NCBI GenBank assembly: GCA_964016885.1
Contig: OZ024740.1
Location: forward strand, 282,906,001-282,970,000
DNA: 64,000 bases
Source of the DNA: Eledone cirrhosa
Lineage: Eukaryota
Reading direction: 5' to 3'
Under the pieces are notes generated by a model. The model was not told where the DNA came from. It was given only the letters and a program-made list of their open reading frames with translations, and made no database searches. Positions 1 through 15,000 of this stretch are shown one piece after another (positions within the stretch are counted from its first letter, which is position 1; the number at the start of each line of letters is the position of its first letter). Position numbers and translations under genes: made by a program.

Positions 1-3000
1 GTGGTGTAGGTTTGTGTATAGTAGGGTAGGATGGTGTACAGTGGTGTAGGTTTGTGTATAGTAGGGTAGGATGGTGTACAGTGGTGTAGGGTGGTGTATA
101 GTAGGGTAGGATGGTGTACAGTGGTGTAGGCTGGTGTATAGTAGGGTGGGATGGTGTACAGTGGTGTAGGGTGGTGTATAGTAGGGTAGGATGGTGTATA
201 GTGGTGTAGGTTTGTATATAGTAAGGTAGGATGGTGTACAGTGGTGTAGGTTTGTGTATAGTAGGGTAGGATGGTGTACAGTGGTGTAGGTTTGTGTATA
301 GTAGGGTAGGATGGTGTATAGTGGTGTAGGTTTGTATATAGTAAGGTAGGATGGTGTACAGTGGTGTAGGATTGTGTATAGTAAGGTAGGATGGTGTACA
401 GTGGTGTAGGTTTGTGTATAGTAGGGTGGGATGGTGTATAGTGGTGTAGGTTTGTGTATAGTAGGGTAGGATGGTGTACAGTGGTGTAGGTTTGTGTATA
501 GTAGGGTGGGATGGTGTATAGTGGTGTAGGTTTGTGTATAGTAGGGTAGGATGGTGTACAGTGGTGTAGGTTTGTGTATAGTAGGGTAGGATGGTGTACA
601 GTGGTGTAGGGTGGTGTATACTAGGGTAGGATGGTGTACAGTGGTGTAGGCTGGTGTATAGTAGGGTAGGATGGTGTACAGTGGTGTAGGCTGGTGTATA
701 GTAGGGTAGGATGGTGTACAGTGGTGTATGGTGGTGTATAGTAGGGTAGGATGGTGTATAGTGGTGTAGGTTTGTGTATAGTAGGGTAGGATGGTGTATA
801 GTGGTGTAGGTTTGTGTATAGTAGGGTAGGATGGTGTACAGTGGTGTAGATTTGTGTATAGTAGGGTAGGATGGTGTATAGTGGTGTAGGTTTGTGTATA
901 GTAGGGTAGGATGGTGTATAGTGGTGTAGGTTTGTGTATAGTAGGGTAGGATGGTGTACAGTGGTGTAGGTTTGTGTATAGTAGGGTAGGATGGTGTACA
1001 GTGGTGTAGATTTGTGTATAGTAGGGTAGGATGGTGTATAGTGGTGTAGGTTTGTGTATAGTAAGGTAGGATGGTGTACAGTGGTGTAGGTTTGTGTATA
1101 GTAGGGTAGGATGGTGTACAGAGGTGTAGGTTTGTGTATAGTAGGGTAGGATGGTGTACAGTGGTGTAGGTTTGTGTATAGTAGGGTAGGATGGTGTACA
1201 GTGGTGTAGGGTGGTGTATAGTAGGGTAGGATGGTGTACAGTGGTGTAGGCTGGTGTATAGTAGGGTAGGATAGTGTACAGTGGTGTAGGCTGGTGTATA
1301 GTAGGGTAGGATGGTGTACAGTGGTGTAGGCTGGTGTATAGTAAGGTAGGATGGTGTACAGTGGTGTAGGGTGGTGTATAGTAGGGTAGGATGGTGTACA
1401 GTGGTGTAGGTTTGTGTATAGTAGGGTAGGATGGTGTACAGTGGTGTAGGTTTGTGTATAGTAGGGCAGGATGGTGTACAGTGGTGTAGGTTTGTGTATA
1501 GTAGGGTAGGATGGTGTACAGTGGTGTAGGCTGGTGTATAGTAGGGTAGGATGGTGTACAGTGGTGTAGGGTGGTGTATAGTAGGGTAGGATGGTGTACA
1601 GTGGTGTAGGTTTGTGTATAGTAGGGCAGGATGGTGTACAGTGGTGTAGGTTTGTGTATAGTAGGGTAGGATGGTGTACAGTGGTGTAGGGTGGTGTATA
1701 GTAGGGTAGGATGGTGTACAGTGGTGTAGGTTTGTGTATAGTGGGGTAGGGTGGTGTACAGTGGTGTAGGGTGGTGTATAGTAGGGTAGGATGGTGTACA
1801 GTGGTGTAGGTTTGTGTATAGTAGGGTAGGATGGTGTACAGTGGTGTATGGTGGTGTATAGTAGGGTAGGATGGTGTACAGTGGTGTAGGTTTGTGTATA
1901 GTAGGGTAGGATGGTGTACAGTGGTGTAGGTTTGTGTATAGTAGGGTAGGATGGTGTATAGTGGTGTAGGTTTGTGTATAGTAGGGTAGGATGGTGTACA
2001 GTGGTGTAGGTTTGTGTATAGTAGGGTAGGATGGTGTTCAGTGGTGTAGGTTTGTGTATAGTAGGGTAGGATGGTGTACAGTGGTGTAGGCTGGTGTATA
2101 GTAGGGTAGGATGGTGTACAGTGGTGTAGGCTGGTGTATAGTAGGGTAGGATGGTGTATAGTGGTGTAGGTTTGTGTATAGTAGGGTAGGATGGTGTACA
2201 GTGGTGAAGGTTTGTGTATAGTAGGGTAGGATGGTGTACAGTGGTGTAGGTTTGTGTATAGTAGGGTAGGATGGTGTACAGTGGTGTAGGTTTGTGTATA
2301 GTAGGGTAGGATGGTGTTCAGTGGTGTAGGCTGGTGTATAGTAGGGTAGGATGGTGTACAGTGGTGTAGGTTTGTGTATAGTAGGGTAGGATGGTGTACA
2401 GTGGTGTAGGCTGGTGTATAGTAGGGTAGGATGGTGTACAGTGGTGTAGGCTGGTGTATAGTAGGGTAGGATGGTGTACAGTGGTGTAGGTTTGTGTATA
2501 GTAGGGTAGGATGGTGTACAGTGGTGTAGGCTGGTGTATAGTAGGGTAGGATGGTGTACAGTGGTGTAGGCTGGTGTATAGTAGGGTAGGATGGTGTACA
2601 GTGGTGTAGGTTTGTGTATAGTAGGGTAGGATGGTGTACAGTGGTGTAGGTTTGTGTATAGTAGGGTAGGATGGTGTAAAGTGGTGTAGGCTGGTGTATA
2701 GTAGGGTAGGATGGTGTACAGTGGTGTAGGCTGGTGTATAGTAGGGTAGCATGGTGTACAGTGGTGTAGGTTTGTGTATAGTAGGGTAGGATGGTGTATA
2801 GTGGTGTAGGTTTGTGTATAGTAGGGTAGGATGGTGTACAGTGGTGTAGGCTGGGGTATAGTAGGGTAGGATGGTGTACAGCGGTGTAGGTTTGTGTATA
2901 GTACGGTAGGATGGTGTACAGTGGTGTAGGCTGGGGTATAGTAGGGTAGGATGGTGTATAGTGGTGTAGGCTGGGGTATAGTAGGGTAGGATGGTGTACA

Positions 3001-6000
3001 GCGGTGTAGGTTTGTGTATAGTAGGGCAGGATGGTGTACAGTGGTGTAGGCTGGGGTATAGTAGGGTAGGATGGTGTATAGTGGTGTAGGTTTGTGTATA
3101 GTAGGGCAGGATGGTGTACAGTGGTGTAGGCTGGGGTATAGTAGGGTAGGATGGTGTATAGTGGTGTAGGTTTGTGTATAGTAGGGTAGGATGGTGTATA
3201 GTGGTGTAGGTTTGTGTATAGTAGGGTAGGATGGTGTACAGTGGTGTAGGTTTGTGTATAGTAGGGCAGGATGGTGTACAGTGGTGTAGGCTGGGGTATA
3301 GTAGGGTAGGATGGTGTACAGTGGTGTAGGATTGTGTATAGTAGGGCAGGATGGTGTACAGTGGTGTAGGCTGGGGTATAGTAGGGTAGGATGGTGTACA
3401 GTGGTGTAGGTTTGTGTATAGTAGGGTAGGATGGTGTACAGTGGTGTAGGTTTGTGTATAGTAGGGTAGGATGGTGTACAGTGGTGTAGGTTTGTGTATA
3501 GTAGGGTAGGATGGTGTACAGTGGTGTAGGTTTGTGTATAGTAGGGCAGGATGGTGTACAGTGGTGTAGGTTTGTGTATAGTAAGGTAGGATGGTGTACA
3601 GTGGTGTAGGTTTGTATATAGTAGGGTAGGATGGTGTACAGTGGTGTAGGTTTGTGTATAGTAGGGCAGGATGGTGTACAGTGGTGTATGCTGGGGTATA
3701 GTAGGGTAGGATGGTGTACAGTGGTGTAGGTTTGTGTATAGTAGGGTAGGATGGTGTACAGTGGTGTAGGTTTGTGTATAGTAGGGCAGGATGGTGTACA
3801 GTGGTGTATGCTGGGGTATAGTAGGGTAGGATGGTGTACAGTGGTGTAGGTTTGTGTATAGTAGGGTAGGATGGTGTACAGTGGTGTAGGTTTGTGTATA
3901 GTAGGGCAGGATGGTGTACAGTGGTGTATGCTGGGGTATAGTAGGGTAGGATGGTGTACAGTGGTGTAGGTTTGTGTATAGTAGGGTAGGATGGTGTACA
4001 GTGGTGTAGGTTTGTGTATAGTAGGGCAGGATGGTGTACAGTGGTGTAGGTTTGTGTATAGTAGGGCAGGATGGTGTACAGTGGTGTAGGCTGGTGTATA
4101 GTAGGGTAGGATGTGTACAGTGGTGTAGGTTTGTGTATAGTAGGGTAGGATGGTGTACAGTGGTGTAGGTTTGTGTATAGTAGGGTAGGATGGTGTACAG
4201 TGGTGTAGGTTTGTGTATAGTAGGGTAGGATGGTGTACAGTGGTGTAGGTTTGTGTATAGTAGGGTAGGATGGTGTACAGTGGTGTAGGTTTGTGTATAG
4301 TAGGGTAGGATGGTGTACAGTGGTGTAGGCTGGTGTATAGTAGGGTAGGATGGTGTTCAGTGGTGTAGGTTTGTGTATAGTAAGGTAGGATGGTGTACAG
4401 TGGTGTAGGTTTGTGTATAGTAGGGTAGGATGGTGTACAGTGGTGTAGGTTTGTGTATAGTAGGGTAGGATGGTGTACAGTGGTGTAGGTTTGTGTATAG
4501 TAGGGTAGGATGGTGTACAGTGGTGTAGGCTGGGGTATAGTAGGGTAGGATGGTGTACAGCGGTGTAGGTTTGTGTATAGTAGGGCAGGATGGTGTACAG
4601 TGGTGTAGGCTGGGGTATAGTAGGGTAGGATGGTGTGTACAGTGGTGTAGGTTGTGTATAGTAGGGTAGGATGGTGTACAGTGGTGGAGGTTTGTGTATA
4701 GTAGGGTAGGATGTGTACAGTGGTGTAGGTTTGTGTATAGTAGGGTAGGATGGTGTACAGTGCTGTAGGTTTGTGTATAGTAGGGTAGGATGGTGTACAG
4801 CGGTGTAGGTTTGTGTATAGTAGGGTAGGATGGTGTACAGTGGTGTAGGTTTGTGTATAGTAGGGTAGGATGGTGTACAGCGGTGTAGGTTTGTGTATAG
4901 TAGGGTAGGATGGTGTACAGTGGTGTAGGTTTGTGTATAGTAGGGTAGGATGGTGTATAGTGGTGTAGGTTTGTGTATAGTAGGGTAGGATGGTGTACAG
5001 TGGTGTAGGTTCGTGTATAGTAGGGTAGGATGGTGTATAGTGGTATAGGTTTGTGTATAGTAGGGTAGGATGGTGTACAGTGGTGTAGGTTCGTGTATAG
5101 TAGTGTAGGATGGTGTACAGTGGTGTAGGTTTGTGTATAGTAGGGTAGGATGGTGTACAGTGGTGTAGGTTTGTGTATAGTAGGGTAGGATGGTGTATAG
5201 TGGTGTATGTTTGTGTATAGTAGGGTAGAATGGTGTACAGTGGTGTAGGTTTGTGTATAGTAGGGTAGGATGGTGTACAGTGGTGTAGGTTTGTGTATAG
5301 TAGGGTAGGATGGTGTAAAGTGGTGTAGGTTTGTGTATAGTAGGGTAGGATGGTGTATAGTGGTGTAGGTTTGTGTATAGTAGGGTAGAATGGTGTACAG
5401 CGGTGTAGGTTTGTGTATAGTAGGGTAGGATGGTGTACAGTGGTGTAGGTTTGTGTATAGTAGGGTAGGATGGTGTAAAGTGGTGTAGGTTTGTGTATAG
5501 TAGGGTAGGATGGTGTATAGTGGTGTAGGTTTGTGTATAGTAGGGTAGAATGGTGTACAGTGGTGTAGGTTTGTGTATAGTAGGGTAGGATGGTGTACAG
5601 TGGTGTAGGTTTGTGTATAGTAGGGTAGGATGGTGTACAGTGGTGTAGGTTTGTGTATAGTAGGGTAGGATGGTGTACAGTGGTGTAGGTTTGTGTATAG
5701 TAGGGTAGGATGGTGTACAGCGGTGTAGGTTTGTGTATAGTAGGGTAGGATGGTGTACAGTGGTGTAGGTTTGTGTATAGTAGGGTAGGATGGTGTACAG
5801 CGGTGTAGGTTTGTGTATAGTAGTGTAGGATGGTGTACAGTGGTGTAGGTTTGTGTATAGTAGGGTAGGATGGTGTACAGTGGTGTAAGGTTCGTGTATA
5901 GTAGGGTAGGATGGTGTACAGTGGTGTAGGTTTGTGTATAGTAGGGTAGGATGGTGTACAGTGGTGTAGGTTTGTGTATAGTAGGGTAGGATGGTGTACA

Positions 6001-9000
6001 GTGGTGTAGGTTCGTGTATATTAGGGTAGGATGGTGTATAGTGGTGTAGGTTTGTGTATAGTAGGGTAGGATGGTGTACAGTGGTGTAGGTTTGTGTATA
6101 GTAGGGTAGGATGGTGTACAGTGGTGTAGGGTGGTGTATAGTAGGGTAGGATGGTGTACAGTGGTGTAGGCTGGTGTATAGTAGGGTGGGATGGTGTACA
6201 GTGGTGTAGGGTGGTGTATAGTAGGGTAGGATGGTGTATAGTGGTGTAGGTTTGTATATAGTAAGGTAGGATGGTGTACAGTGGTGTAGGTTTGTGTATA
6301 GTAGGGTAGGATGGTGTACAGTGGTGTAGGTTTGTGTATAGTAGGGTAGGATGGTGTATAGTGGTGTAGGTTTGTATATAGTAAGGTAGGATGGTGTACA
6401 GTGGTGTAGGATTGTGTATAGTAAGGTAGGATGGTGTACAGTGGTGTAGGTTTGTGTATAGTAGGGTGGGATGGTGTATAGTGGTGTAGGTTTGTGTATA
6501 GTAGGGTAGGATGGTGTACAGTGGTGTAGGTTTGTGTATAGTAGGGTGGGATGGTGTATAGTGGTGTAGGTTTGTGTATAGTAGGGTAGGATGGTGTACA
6601 GTGGTGTAGGTTTGTGTATAGTAGGGTAGGATGGTGTACAGTGGTGTAGGGTGGTGTATACTAGGGTAGGATGGTGTACAGTGGTGTAGGCTGGTGTATA
6701 GTAGGGTAGGATGGTGTACAGTGGTGTAGGCTGGTGTATAGTAGGGTAGGATGGTGTACAGTGGTGTATGGTGGTGTATAGTAGGGTAGGATGGTGTATA
6801 GTGGTGTAGGTTTGTGTATAGTAGGGTAGGATGGTGTATAGTGGTGTAGGTTTGTGTATAGTAGGGTAGGATGGTGTACAGTGGTGTAGATTTGTGTATA
6901 GTAGGGTAGGATGGTGTATAGTGGTGTAGGTTTGTGTATAGTAGGGTAGGATGGTGTATAGTGGTGTAGGTTTGTGTATAGTAGGGTAGGATGGTGTACA
7001 GTGGTGTAGGTTTGTGTATAGTAGGGTAGGATGGTGTACAGTGGTGTAGATTTGTGTATAGTAGGGTAGGATGGTGTATAGTGGTGTAGGTTTGTGTATA
7101 GTAAGGTAGGATGGTGTACAGTGGTGTAGGTTTGTGTATAGTAGGGTAGGATGGTGTACAGAGGTGTAGGTTTGTGTATAGTAGGGTAGGATGGTGTACA
7201 GTGGTGTAGGTTTGTGTATAGTAGGGTAGGATGGTGTACAGTGGTGTAGGGTGGTGTATAGTAGGGTAGGATGGTGTACAGTGGTGTAGGCTGGTGTATA
7301 GTAGGGTAGGATAGTGTACAGTGGTGTAGGCTGGTGTATAGTAGGGTAGGATGGTGTACAGTGGTGTAGGCTGGTGTATAGTAAGGTAGGATGGTGTACA
7401 GTGGTGTAGGGTGGTGTATAGTAGGGTAGGATGGTGTACAGTGGTGTAGGTTTGTGTATAGTAGGGTAGGATGGTGTACAGTGGTGTAGGTTTGTGTATA
7501 GTAGGGCAGGATGGTGTACAGTGGTGTAGGTTTGTGTATAGTAGGGTAGGATGGTGTACAGTGGTGTAGGCTGGTGTATAGTAGGGTAGGATGGTGTACA
7601 GTGGTGTAGGGTGGTGTATAGTAGGGTAGGATGGTGTACAGTGGTGTAGGTTTGTGTATAGTAGGGCAGGATGGTGTACAGTGGTGTAGGTTTGTGTATA
7701 GTAGGGTAGGATGGTGTACAGTGGTGTAGGGTGGTGTATAGTAGGGTAGGATGGTGTACAGTGGTGTAGGTTTGTGTATAGTGGGGTAGGATGGTGTACA
7801 GTGGTGTAGGGTGGTGTATAGTAGGGTAGGATGGTGTACAGTGGTGTAGGTTTGTGTATAGTAGGGTAGGATGGTGTACAGTGGTGTATGGTGGTGTATA
7901 GTAGGGTAGGATGGTGTACAGTGGTGTAGGTTTGTGTATAGTAGGGTAGGATGGTGTACAGTGGTGTAGGTTTGTGTATAGTAGGGTAGGATGGTGTATA
8001 GTGGTGTAGGTTTGTGTATAGTAGGGTAGGATGGTGTACAGTGGTGTAGGTTTGTGTATAGTAGGGTAGGATGGTGTTCAGTGGTGTAGGTTTGTGTATA
8101 GTAGGGTAGGATGGTGTACAGTGGTGTAGGCTGGTGTATAGTAGGGTAGGATGGTGTACAGTGGTGTAGGCTGGTGTATAGTAGGGTAGGATGGTGTACA
8201 GTGGTGTAGGCTGGTGTATAGTAGGGTAGGATGGTGTATAGTGGTGTAGGTTTGTGTATAGTAGGGTAGGATGGTGTACAGTGGTGAAGGTTTGTGTATA
8301 GTAGGGTAGGATGGTGTACAGTGGTGTAGGTTTGTGTATAGTAGGGTAGGATGGTGTACAGTGGTGTAGGTTTGTGTATAGTAGGGTAGGATGGTGTTCA
8401 GTGGTGTAGGCTGGTGTATAGTAGGGTAGGATGGTGTACAGTGGTGTAGGTTTGTGTATAGTAGGGTAGGATGGTGTACAGTGGTGTAGGCTGGTGTATA
8501 GTAGGGTAGGATGGTGTACAGTGGTGTAGGCTGGTGTATAGTAGTGTAGGATGGTGTACAGTGGTGTAGGTTTGTGTATAGTAGGGTAGGATGGTGTACA
8601 GTGGTGTAGGTTTGTGTATAGTAGGGTAGGATGGTGTAAAGTGGTGTAGGCTGGTGTATAGTAGGGTAGGATGGTGTACAGTGGTGTAGGCTGGTGTATA
8701 GTAGGGTAGGATGGTGTACAGTGGTGTAGGTTTGTGTATAGTAGGGTAGGATGGTGTATAGTGGTGTAGGTTTGTGTATAGTAGGGTAGGATGGTGTACA
8801 GTGGTGTAGGCTGGGGTATAGTAGGGTAGGATGGTGTACAGCGGTGTAGGTTTGTGTATAGTAGGGTAGGATGGTGTACAGTGGTGTAGGCTGGGGTATA
8901 GTAGGGTAGGATGGTGTATAGTGGTGTAGGCTGGGGTATAGTAGGGTAGGATGGTGTACAGCGGTGTAGGTTTGTGTATAGTAGGGCAGGATGGTGTACA

Positions 9001-12000
9001 GTGGTGTAGGCTGGGGTATAGTAGGGTAGGATGGTGTATAGTGGTGTAGGTTTGTGTATAGTAGGGCAGGATGGTGTACAGTGGTGTAGGCTGGGGTATA
9101 GTAGGGTAGGATGGTGTATAGTGGTGTAGGTTTGTGTATAGTAGGGTAGGATGGTGTATAGTGGTGTAGGTTTGTGTATAGTAGGGTAGGATGGTGTACA
9201 GTGGTGTAGGTTTGTGTATAGTAGGGCAGGATGGTGTACAGTGGTGTAGGCTGGGGTATAGTAGGGTAGGATGGTGTACAGTGGTGTAGGATTGTGTATA
9301 GTAGGGCAGGATGGTGTACAGTGGTGTAGGTTTGTGTATAGTAGGGTGGGATGGTGTATAGTGGTGTAGGTTTGTGTATAGTAGGGTAGGATGGTGTACA
9401 GTGGTGTAGGTTTGTGTATAGTAGGGTGGGATGGTGTATAGTGGTGTAGGTTTGTGTATAGTAGGGTAGGATGGTGTACAGTGGTGTAGGTTTGTGTATA
9501 GTAGGGTAGGATGGTGTACAGTGGTGTAGGGTGGTGTATACTAGGGTAGGATGGTGTACAGTGGTGTAGGCTGGTGTATAGTAGGGTAGGATGGTGTACA
9601 GTGGTGTAGGCTGGTGTATAGTAGGGTAGGATGGTGTACAGTGGTGTATGGTGGTGTATAGTAGGGTAGGATGGTGTATAGTGGTGTAGGTTTGTGTATA
9701 GTAGGGTAGGATGGTGTACAGTGGTGTAGGTTTGTGTATAGTAGGGCAGGATGGTGTACAGTGGTGTAGGTTTGTGTATAGTAGGGTAGGATGGTGTACA
9801 GTGGTGTAGGTTTGTGTATAGTAGGGCAGGATGGTGTACAGTGGTGTATGCTGGGGTATAGTAGGGTAGGATGGTGTACAGTGGTGTAGGTTTGTGTATA
9901 GTAGGGTAGGATGGTGTACAGTGGTGTAGGTTTGTGTATAGTAGGGCAGGATGGTGTACAGTGGTGTATGCTGGGGTATAGTAGGGTAGGATGGTGTACA
10001 GTGGTGTAGGTTTGTGTATAGTAGGGTAGGATGGTGTACAGTGGTGTAGGTTTGTGTATAGTAGGGCAGGATGGTGTACAGTGGTGTAGGTTTGTGTATA
10101 GTAGGGCAGGATGGTGTACAGTGGTGTAGGCTGGTGTATAGTAGGGTAGGATGGTGTACAGTGGTGTAGGTTTGTGTATAGTAGGGTAGGATGGTGTACA
10201 GTGGTGTAGGTTTGTGTATAGTAGGGTAGGATGGTGTACAGTGGTGTAGGTTTGTGTATAGTAGGGTAGGATGGTGTACAGTGGTGTAGGTTTGTGTATA
10301 GTAGGGTAGGATGGTGTACAGTGGTGTAGGTTTGTGTATAGTAGGGTAGGATGGTGTACAGTGGTGTAGGCTGGTGTATAGTAGGGTAGGATGGTGTTCA
10401 GTGGTGTAGGTTTGTGTATAGTAAGGTAGGATGGTGTACAGTGGTGTAGGTTTGTGTATAGTAGGGTAGGATGGTGTACAGTGGTGTAGGTTTGTGTATA
10501 GTAGGGTAGGATGGTGTACAGTGGTGTAGGTTTGTGTATAGTAGGGTAGGATGGTGTACAGTGGTGTAGGCTGGGGTATAGTAGGGTAGGATGGTGTACA
10601 GCGGTGTAGGTTTGTGTATAGTAGGGCAGGATGGTGTACAGTGGTGTAGGCTGGGGTATAGTAGGGTAGGATGGTGTACAGTGGTGTAGGTTTGTGTATA
10701 GTAGGGTAGGATGGTGTACAGTGGTGTAGGTTTGTGTATAGTAGGGTAGGATGGTGTACAGTGGTGTAGGTTTGTGTATAGTAGGGTAGGATGGTGTATA
10801 GTGCTGTAGGTTTGTGTATAGTAGGGTAGGATGGTGTACAGCGGTGTAGGTTTGTGTATAGTAGGGTAGGATGGTGTACAGTGGTGTAGGTTTGTGTATA
10901 GTAGGGTAGGATGGTGTACAGCGGTGTAGGTTTGTGTATAGTAGGGTAGGATGGTGTACAGTGGTGTAGGTTTGTGTATAGTAGGGTAGGATGGTGTATA
11001 GTGGTATAGGTTTGTGTATAGTAGGGTAGGATGGTGTACAGTGGTGTAGGTTCGTGTATAGTAGGGTAGGATGGTGTATAGTGGTATAGGTTTGTGTATA
11101 GTAGGGTAGGATGGTGTACAGTGGTGTAGGTTCGTGTATAGTAGTGTAGGATGGTGTACAGTGGTGTAGGTTTGTGTATAGTAGGGTAGGATGGTGTACA
11201 GTGGTGTAGGTTTGTGTATAGTAGGGTAGGATGGTGTATAGTGGTGTATGTTTGTGTATAGTAGGGTAGAATGGTGTACAGTGGTGTAGGTTTGTGTATA
11301 GTAGGGTAGGATGGTGTACAGTGGTGTAGGTTTGTGTATAGTAGGGTAGGATGGTGTAAAGTGGTGTAGGTTTGTGTATAGTAGGGTAGGATGGTGTATA
11401 GTGGTGTAGGTTTGTGTATAGTAGGGTAGAATGGTGTACAGCGGTGTAGGTTTGTGTATAGTAGGGTAGGATGGTGTACAGTGGTGTAGGTTTGTGTATA
11501 GTAGGGTAGGATGGTGTAAAGTGGTGTAGGTTTGTGTATAGTAGGGTAGGATGGTGTATAGTGGTGTAGGTTTGTGTATAGTAGGGTAGAATGGTGTACA
11601 GTGGTGTAGGTTTGTGTATAGTAGGGTAGGATGGTGTACAGTGGTGTAGGTTTGTGTATAGTAGGGTAGGATGGTGTACAGTGGTGTAGGTTTGTGTATA
11701 GTAGGGTAGGATGGTGTACAGTGGTGTAGGTTTGTGTATAGTAGGGTAGGATGGTGTACAGCGGTGTAGGTTTGTGTATAGTAGGGTAGGATGGTGTACA
11801 GTGGTGTAGGTTTGTGTATAGTAGGGTAGGATGGTGTACAGCGGTGTAGGTTTGTGTATAGTAGTGTAGGATGGTGTACAGTGGTGTAGGTTTGTGTATA
11901 GTAGGGTAGGATGGTGTACAGTGGTGTAGGTTCGTGTATAGTAGGGTAGGATGGTGTACAGTGGTGTAGGTTTGTGTATAGTAGGGTAGGATGGTGTACA

Positions 12001-15000
12001 GTGGTGTAGGTTTGTGTATAGTAGGGTAGGATGGTGTACAGTGGTGTAGGTTCGTGTATATTAGGGTAGGATGGTGTATAGTGGTGTAGGTTTGTGTATA
12101 GTAGGGTAGGATGGTGTACAGTGGTGTAGGTTTGTGTATAGTAGGGTAGGATGGTGTACAGTGGTGTAGGGTGGTGTATAGTAGGGTAGGATGGTGTACA
12201 GTGGTGTAGGCTGGTGTATAGTAGGGTGGGATGGTGTACAGTGGTGTAGGGTGGTGTATAGTAGGGTAGGATGGTGTATAGTGGTGTAGGTTTGTATATA
12301 GTAAGGTAGGATGGTGTACAGTGGTGTAGGTTTGTGTATAGTAGGGTAGGATGGTGTACAGTGGTGTAGGTTTGTGTATAGTAGGGTAGGATGGTGTATA
12401 GTGGTGTAGGTTTGTATATAGTAAGGTAGGATGGTGTACAGTGGTGTAGGATTGTGTATAGTAAGGTAGGATGGTGTACAGTGGTGTAGGTTTGTGTATA
12501 GTAGGGTGGGATGGTGTATAGTGGTGTAGGTTTGTGTATAGTAGGGTAGGATGGTGTACAGTGGTGTAGGTTTGTGTATAGTAGGGTGGGATGGTGTATA
12601 GTGGTGTAGGTTTGTGTATAGTAGGGTAGGATGGTGTACAGTGGTGTAGGTTTGTGTATAGTAGGGTAGGATGGTGTACAGTGGTGTAGGGTGGTGTATA
12701 CTAGGGTAGGATGGTGTACAGTGGTGTAGGCTGGTGTATAGTAGGGTAGGATGGTGTACAGTGGTGTAGGCTGGTGTATAGTAGGGTAGGATGGTGTACA
12801 GTGGTGTATGGTGGTGTATAGTAGGGTAGGATGGTGTATAGTGGTGTAGGTTTGTGTATAGTAGGGTAGGATGGTGTATAGTGGTGTAGGTTTGTGTATA
12901 GTAGGGTAGGATGGTGTACAGTGGTGTAGATTTGTGTATAGTAGGGTAGGATGGTGTATAGTGGTGTAGGTTTGTGTATAGTAGGGTAGGATGGTGTATA
13001 GTGGTGTAGGTTTGTGTATAGTAGGGTAGGATGGTGTACAGTGGTGTAGGTTTGTGTATAGTAGGGTAGGATGGTGTACAGTGGTGTAGATTTGTGTATA
13101 GTAGGGTAGGATGGTGTATAGTGGTGTAGGTTTGTGTATAGTAAGGTAGGATGGTGTACAGTGGTGTAGGTTTGTGTATAGTAGGGTAGGATGGTGTACA
13201 GAGGTGTAGGTTTGTGTATAGTAGGGTAGGATGGTGTACAGTGGTGTAGGTTTGTGTATAGTAGGGTAGGATGGTGTACAGTGGTGTAGGGTGGTGTATA
13301 GTAGGGTAGGATGGTGTACAGTGGTGTAGGCTGGTGTATAGTAGGGTAGGATAGTGTACAGTGGTGTAGGCTGGTGTATAGTAGGGTAGGATGGTGTACA
13401 GTGGTGTAGGCTGGTGTATAGTAAGGTAGGATGGTGTACAGTGGTGTAGGGTGGTGTATAGTAGGGTAGGATGGTGTACAGTGGTGTAGGTTTGTGTATA
13501 GTAGGGTAGGATGGTGTACAGTGGTGTAGGTTTGTGTATAGTAGGGCAGGATGGTGTACAGTGGTGTAGGTTTGTGTATAGTAGGGTAGGATGGTGTACA
13601 GTGGTGTAGGCTGGTGTATAGTAGGGTAGGATGGTGTACAGTGGTGTAGGGTGGTGTATAGTAGGGTAGGATGGTGTACAGTGGTGTAGGTTTGTGTATA
13701 GTAGGGCAGGATGGTGTACAGTGGTGTAGGTTTGTGTATAGTAGGGTAGGATGGTGTACAGTGGTGTAGGGTGGTGTATAGTAGGGTAGGATGGTGTACA
13801 GTGGTGTAGGTTTGTGTATAGTGGGGTAGGATGGTGTACAGTGGTGTAGGGTGGTGTATAGTAGGGTAGGATGGTGTACAGTGGTGTAGGTTTGTGTATA
13901 GTAGGGTAGGATGGTGTACAGTGGTGTATGGTGGTGTATAGTAGGGTAGGATGGTGTACAGTGGTGTAGGTTTGTGTATAGTAGGGTAGGATGGTGTACA
14001 GTGGTGTAGGTTTGTGTATAGTAGGGTAGGATGGTGTATAGTGGTGTAGGTTTGTGTATAGTAGGGTAGGATGGTGTACAGTGGTGTAGGTTTGTGTATA
14101 GTAGGGTAGGATGGTGTTCAGTGGTGTAGGTTTGTGTATAGTAGGGTAGGATGGTGTACAGTGGTGTAGGCTGGTGTATAGTAGGGTAGGATGGTGTACA
14201 GTGGTGTAGGCTGGTGTATAGTAGGGTAGGATGGTGTACAGTGGTGTAGGCTGGTGTATAGTAGGGTAGGATGGTGTATAGTGGTGTAGGTTTGTGTATA
14301 GTAGGGTAGGATGGTGTACAGTGGTGAAGGTTTGTGTATAGTAGGGTAGGATGGTGTACAGTGGTGTAGGTTTGTGTATAGTAGGGTAGGATGGTGTACA
14401 GTGGTGTAGGTTTGTGTATAGTAGGGTAGGATGGTGTTCAGTGGTGTAGGCTGGTGTATAGTAGGGTAGGATGGTGTACAGTGGTGTAGGTTTGTGTATA
14501 GTAGGGTAGGATGGTGTACAGTGGTGTAGGCTGGTGTATAGTAGGGTAGGATGGTGTACAGTGGTGTAGGCTGGTGTATAGTAGTGTAGGATGGTGTACA
14601 GTGGTGTAGGTTTGTGTATAGTAGGGTAGGATGGTGTACAGTGGTGTAGGTTTGTGTATAGTAGGGTAGGATGGTGTAAAGTGGTGTAGGCTGGTGTATA
14701 GTAGGGTAGGATGGTGTACAGTGGTGTAGGCTGGTGTATAGTAGGGTAGGATGGTGTACAGTGGTGTAGGTTTGTGTATAGTAGGGTAGGATGGTGTATA
14801 GTGGTGTAGGTTTGTGTATAGTAGGGTAGGATGGTGTACAGTGGTGTAGGCTGGGGTATAGTAGGGTAGGATGGTGTACAGCGGTGTAGGTTTGTGTATA
14901 GTAGGGTAGGATGGTGTACAGTGGTGTAGGCTGGGGTATAGTAGGGTAGGATGGTGTATAGTGGTGTAGGCTGGGGTATAGTAGGGTAGGATGGTGTACA

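Noticed and set aside
2318-2752. 144-aa ORF in the satellite
   Set aside because: Chance open frame on the C-rich strand of a 40-bp repeat
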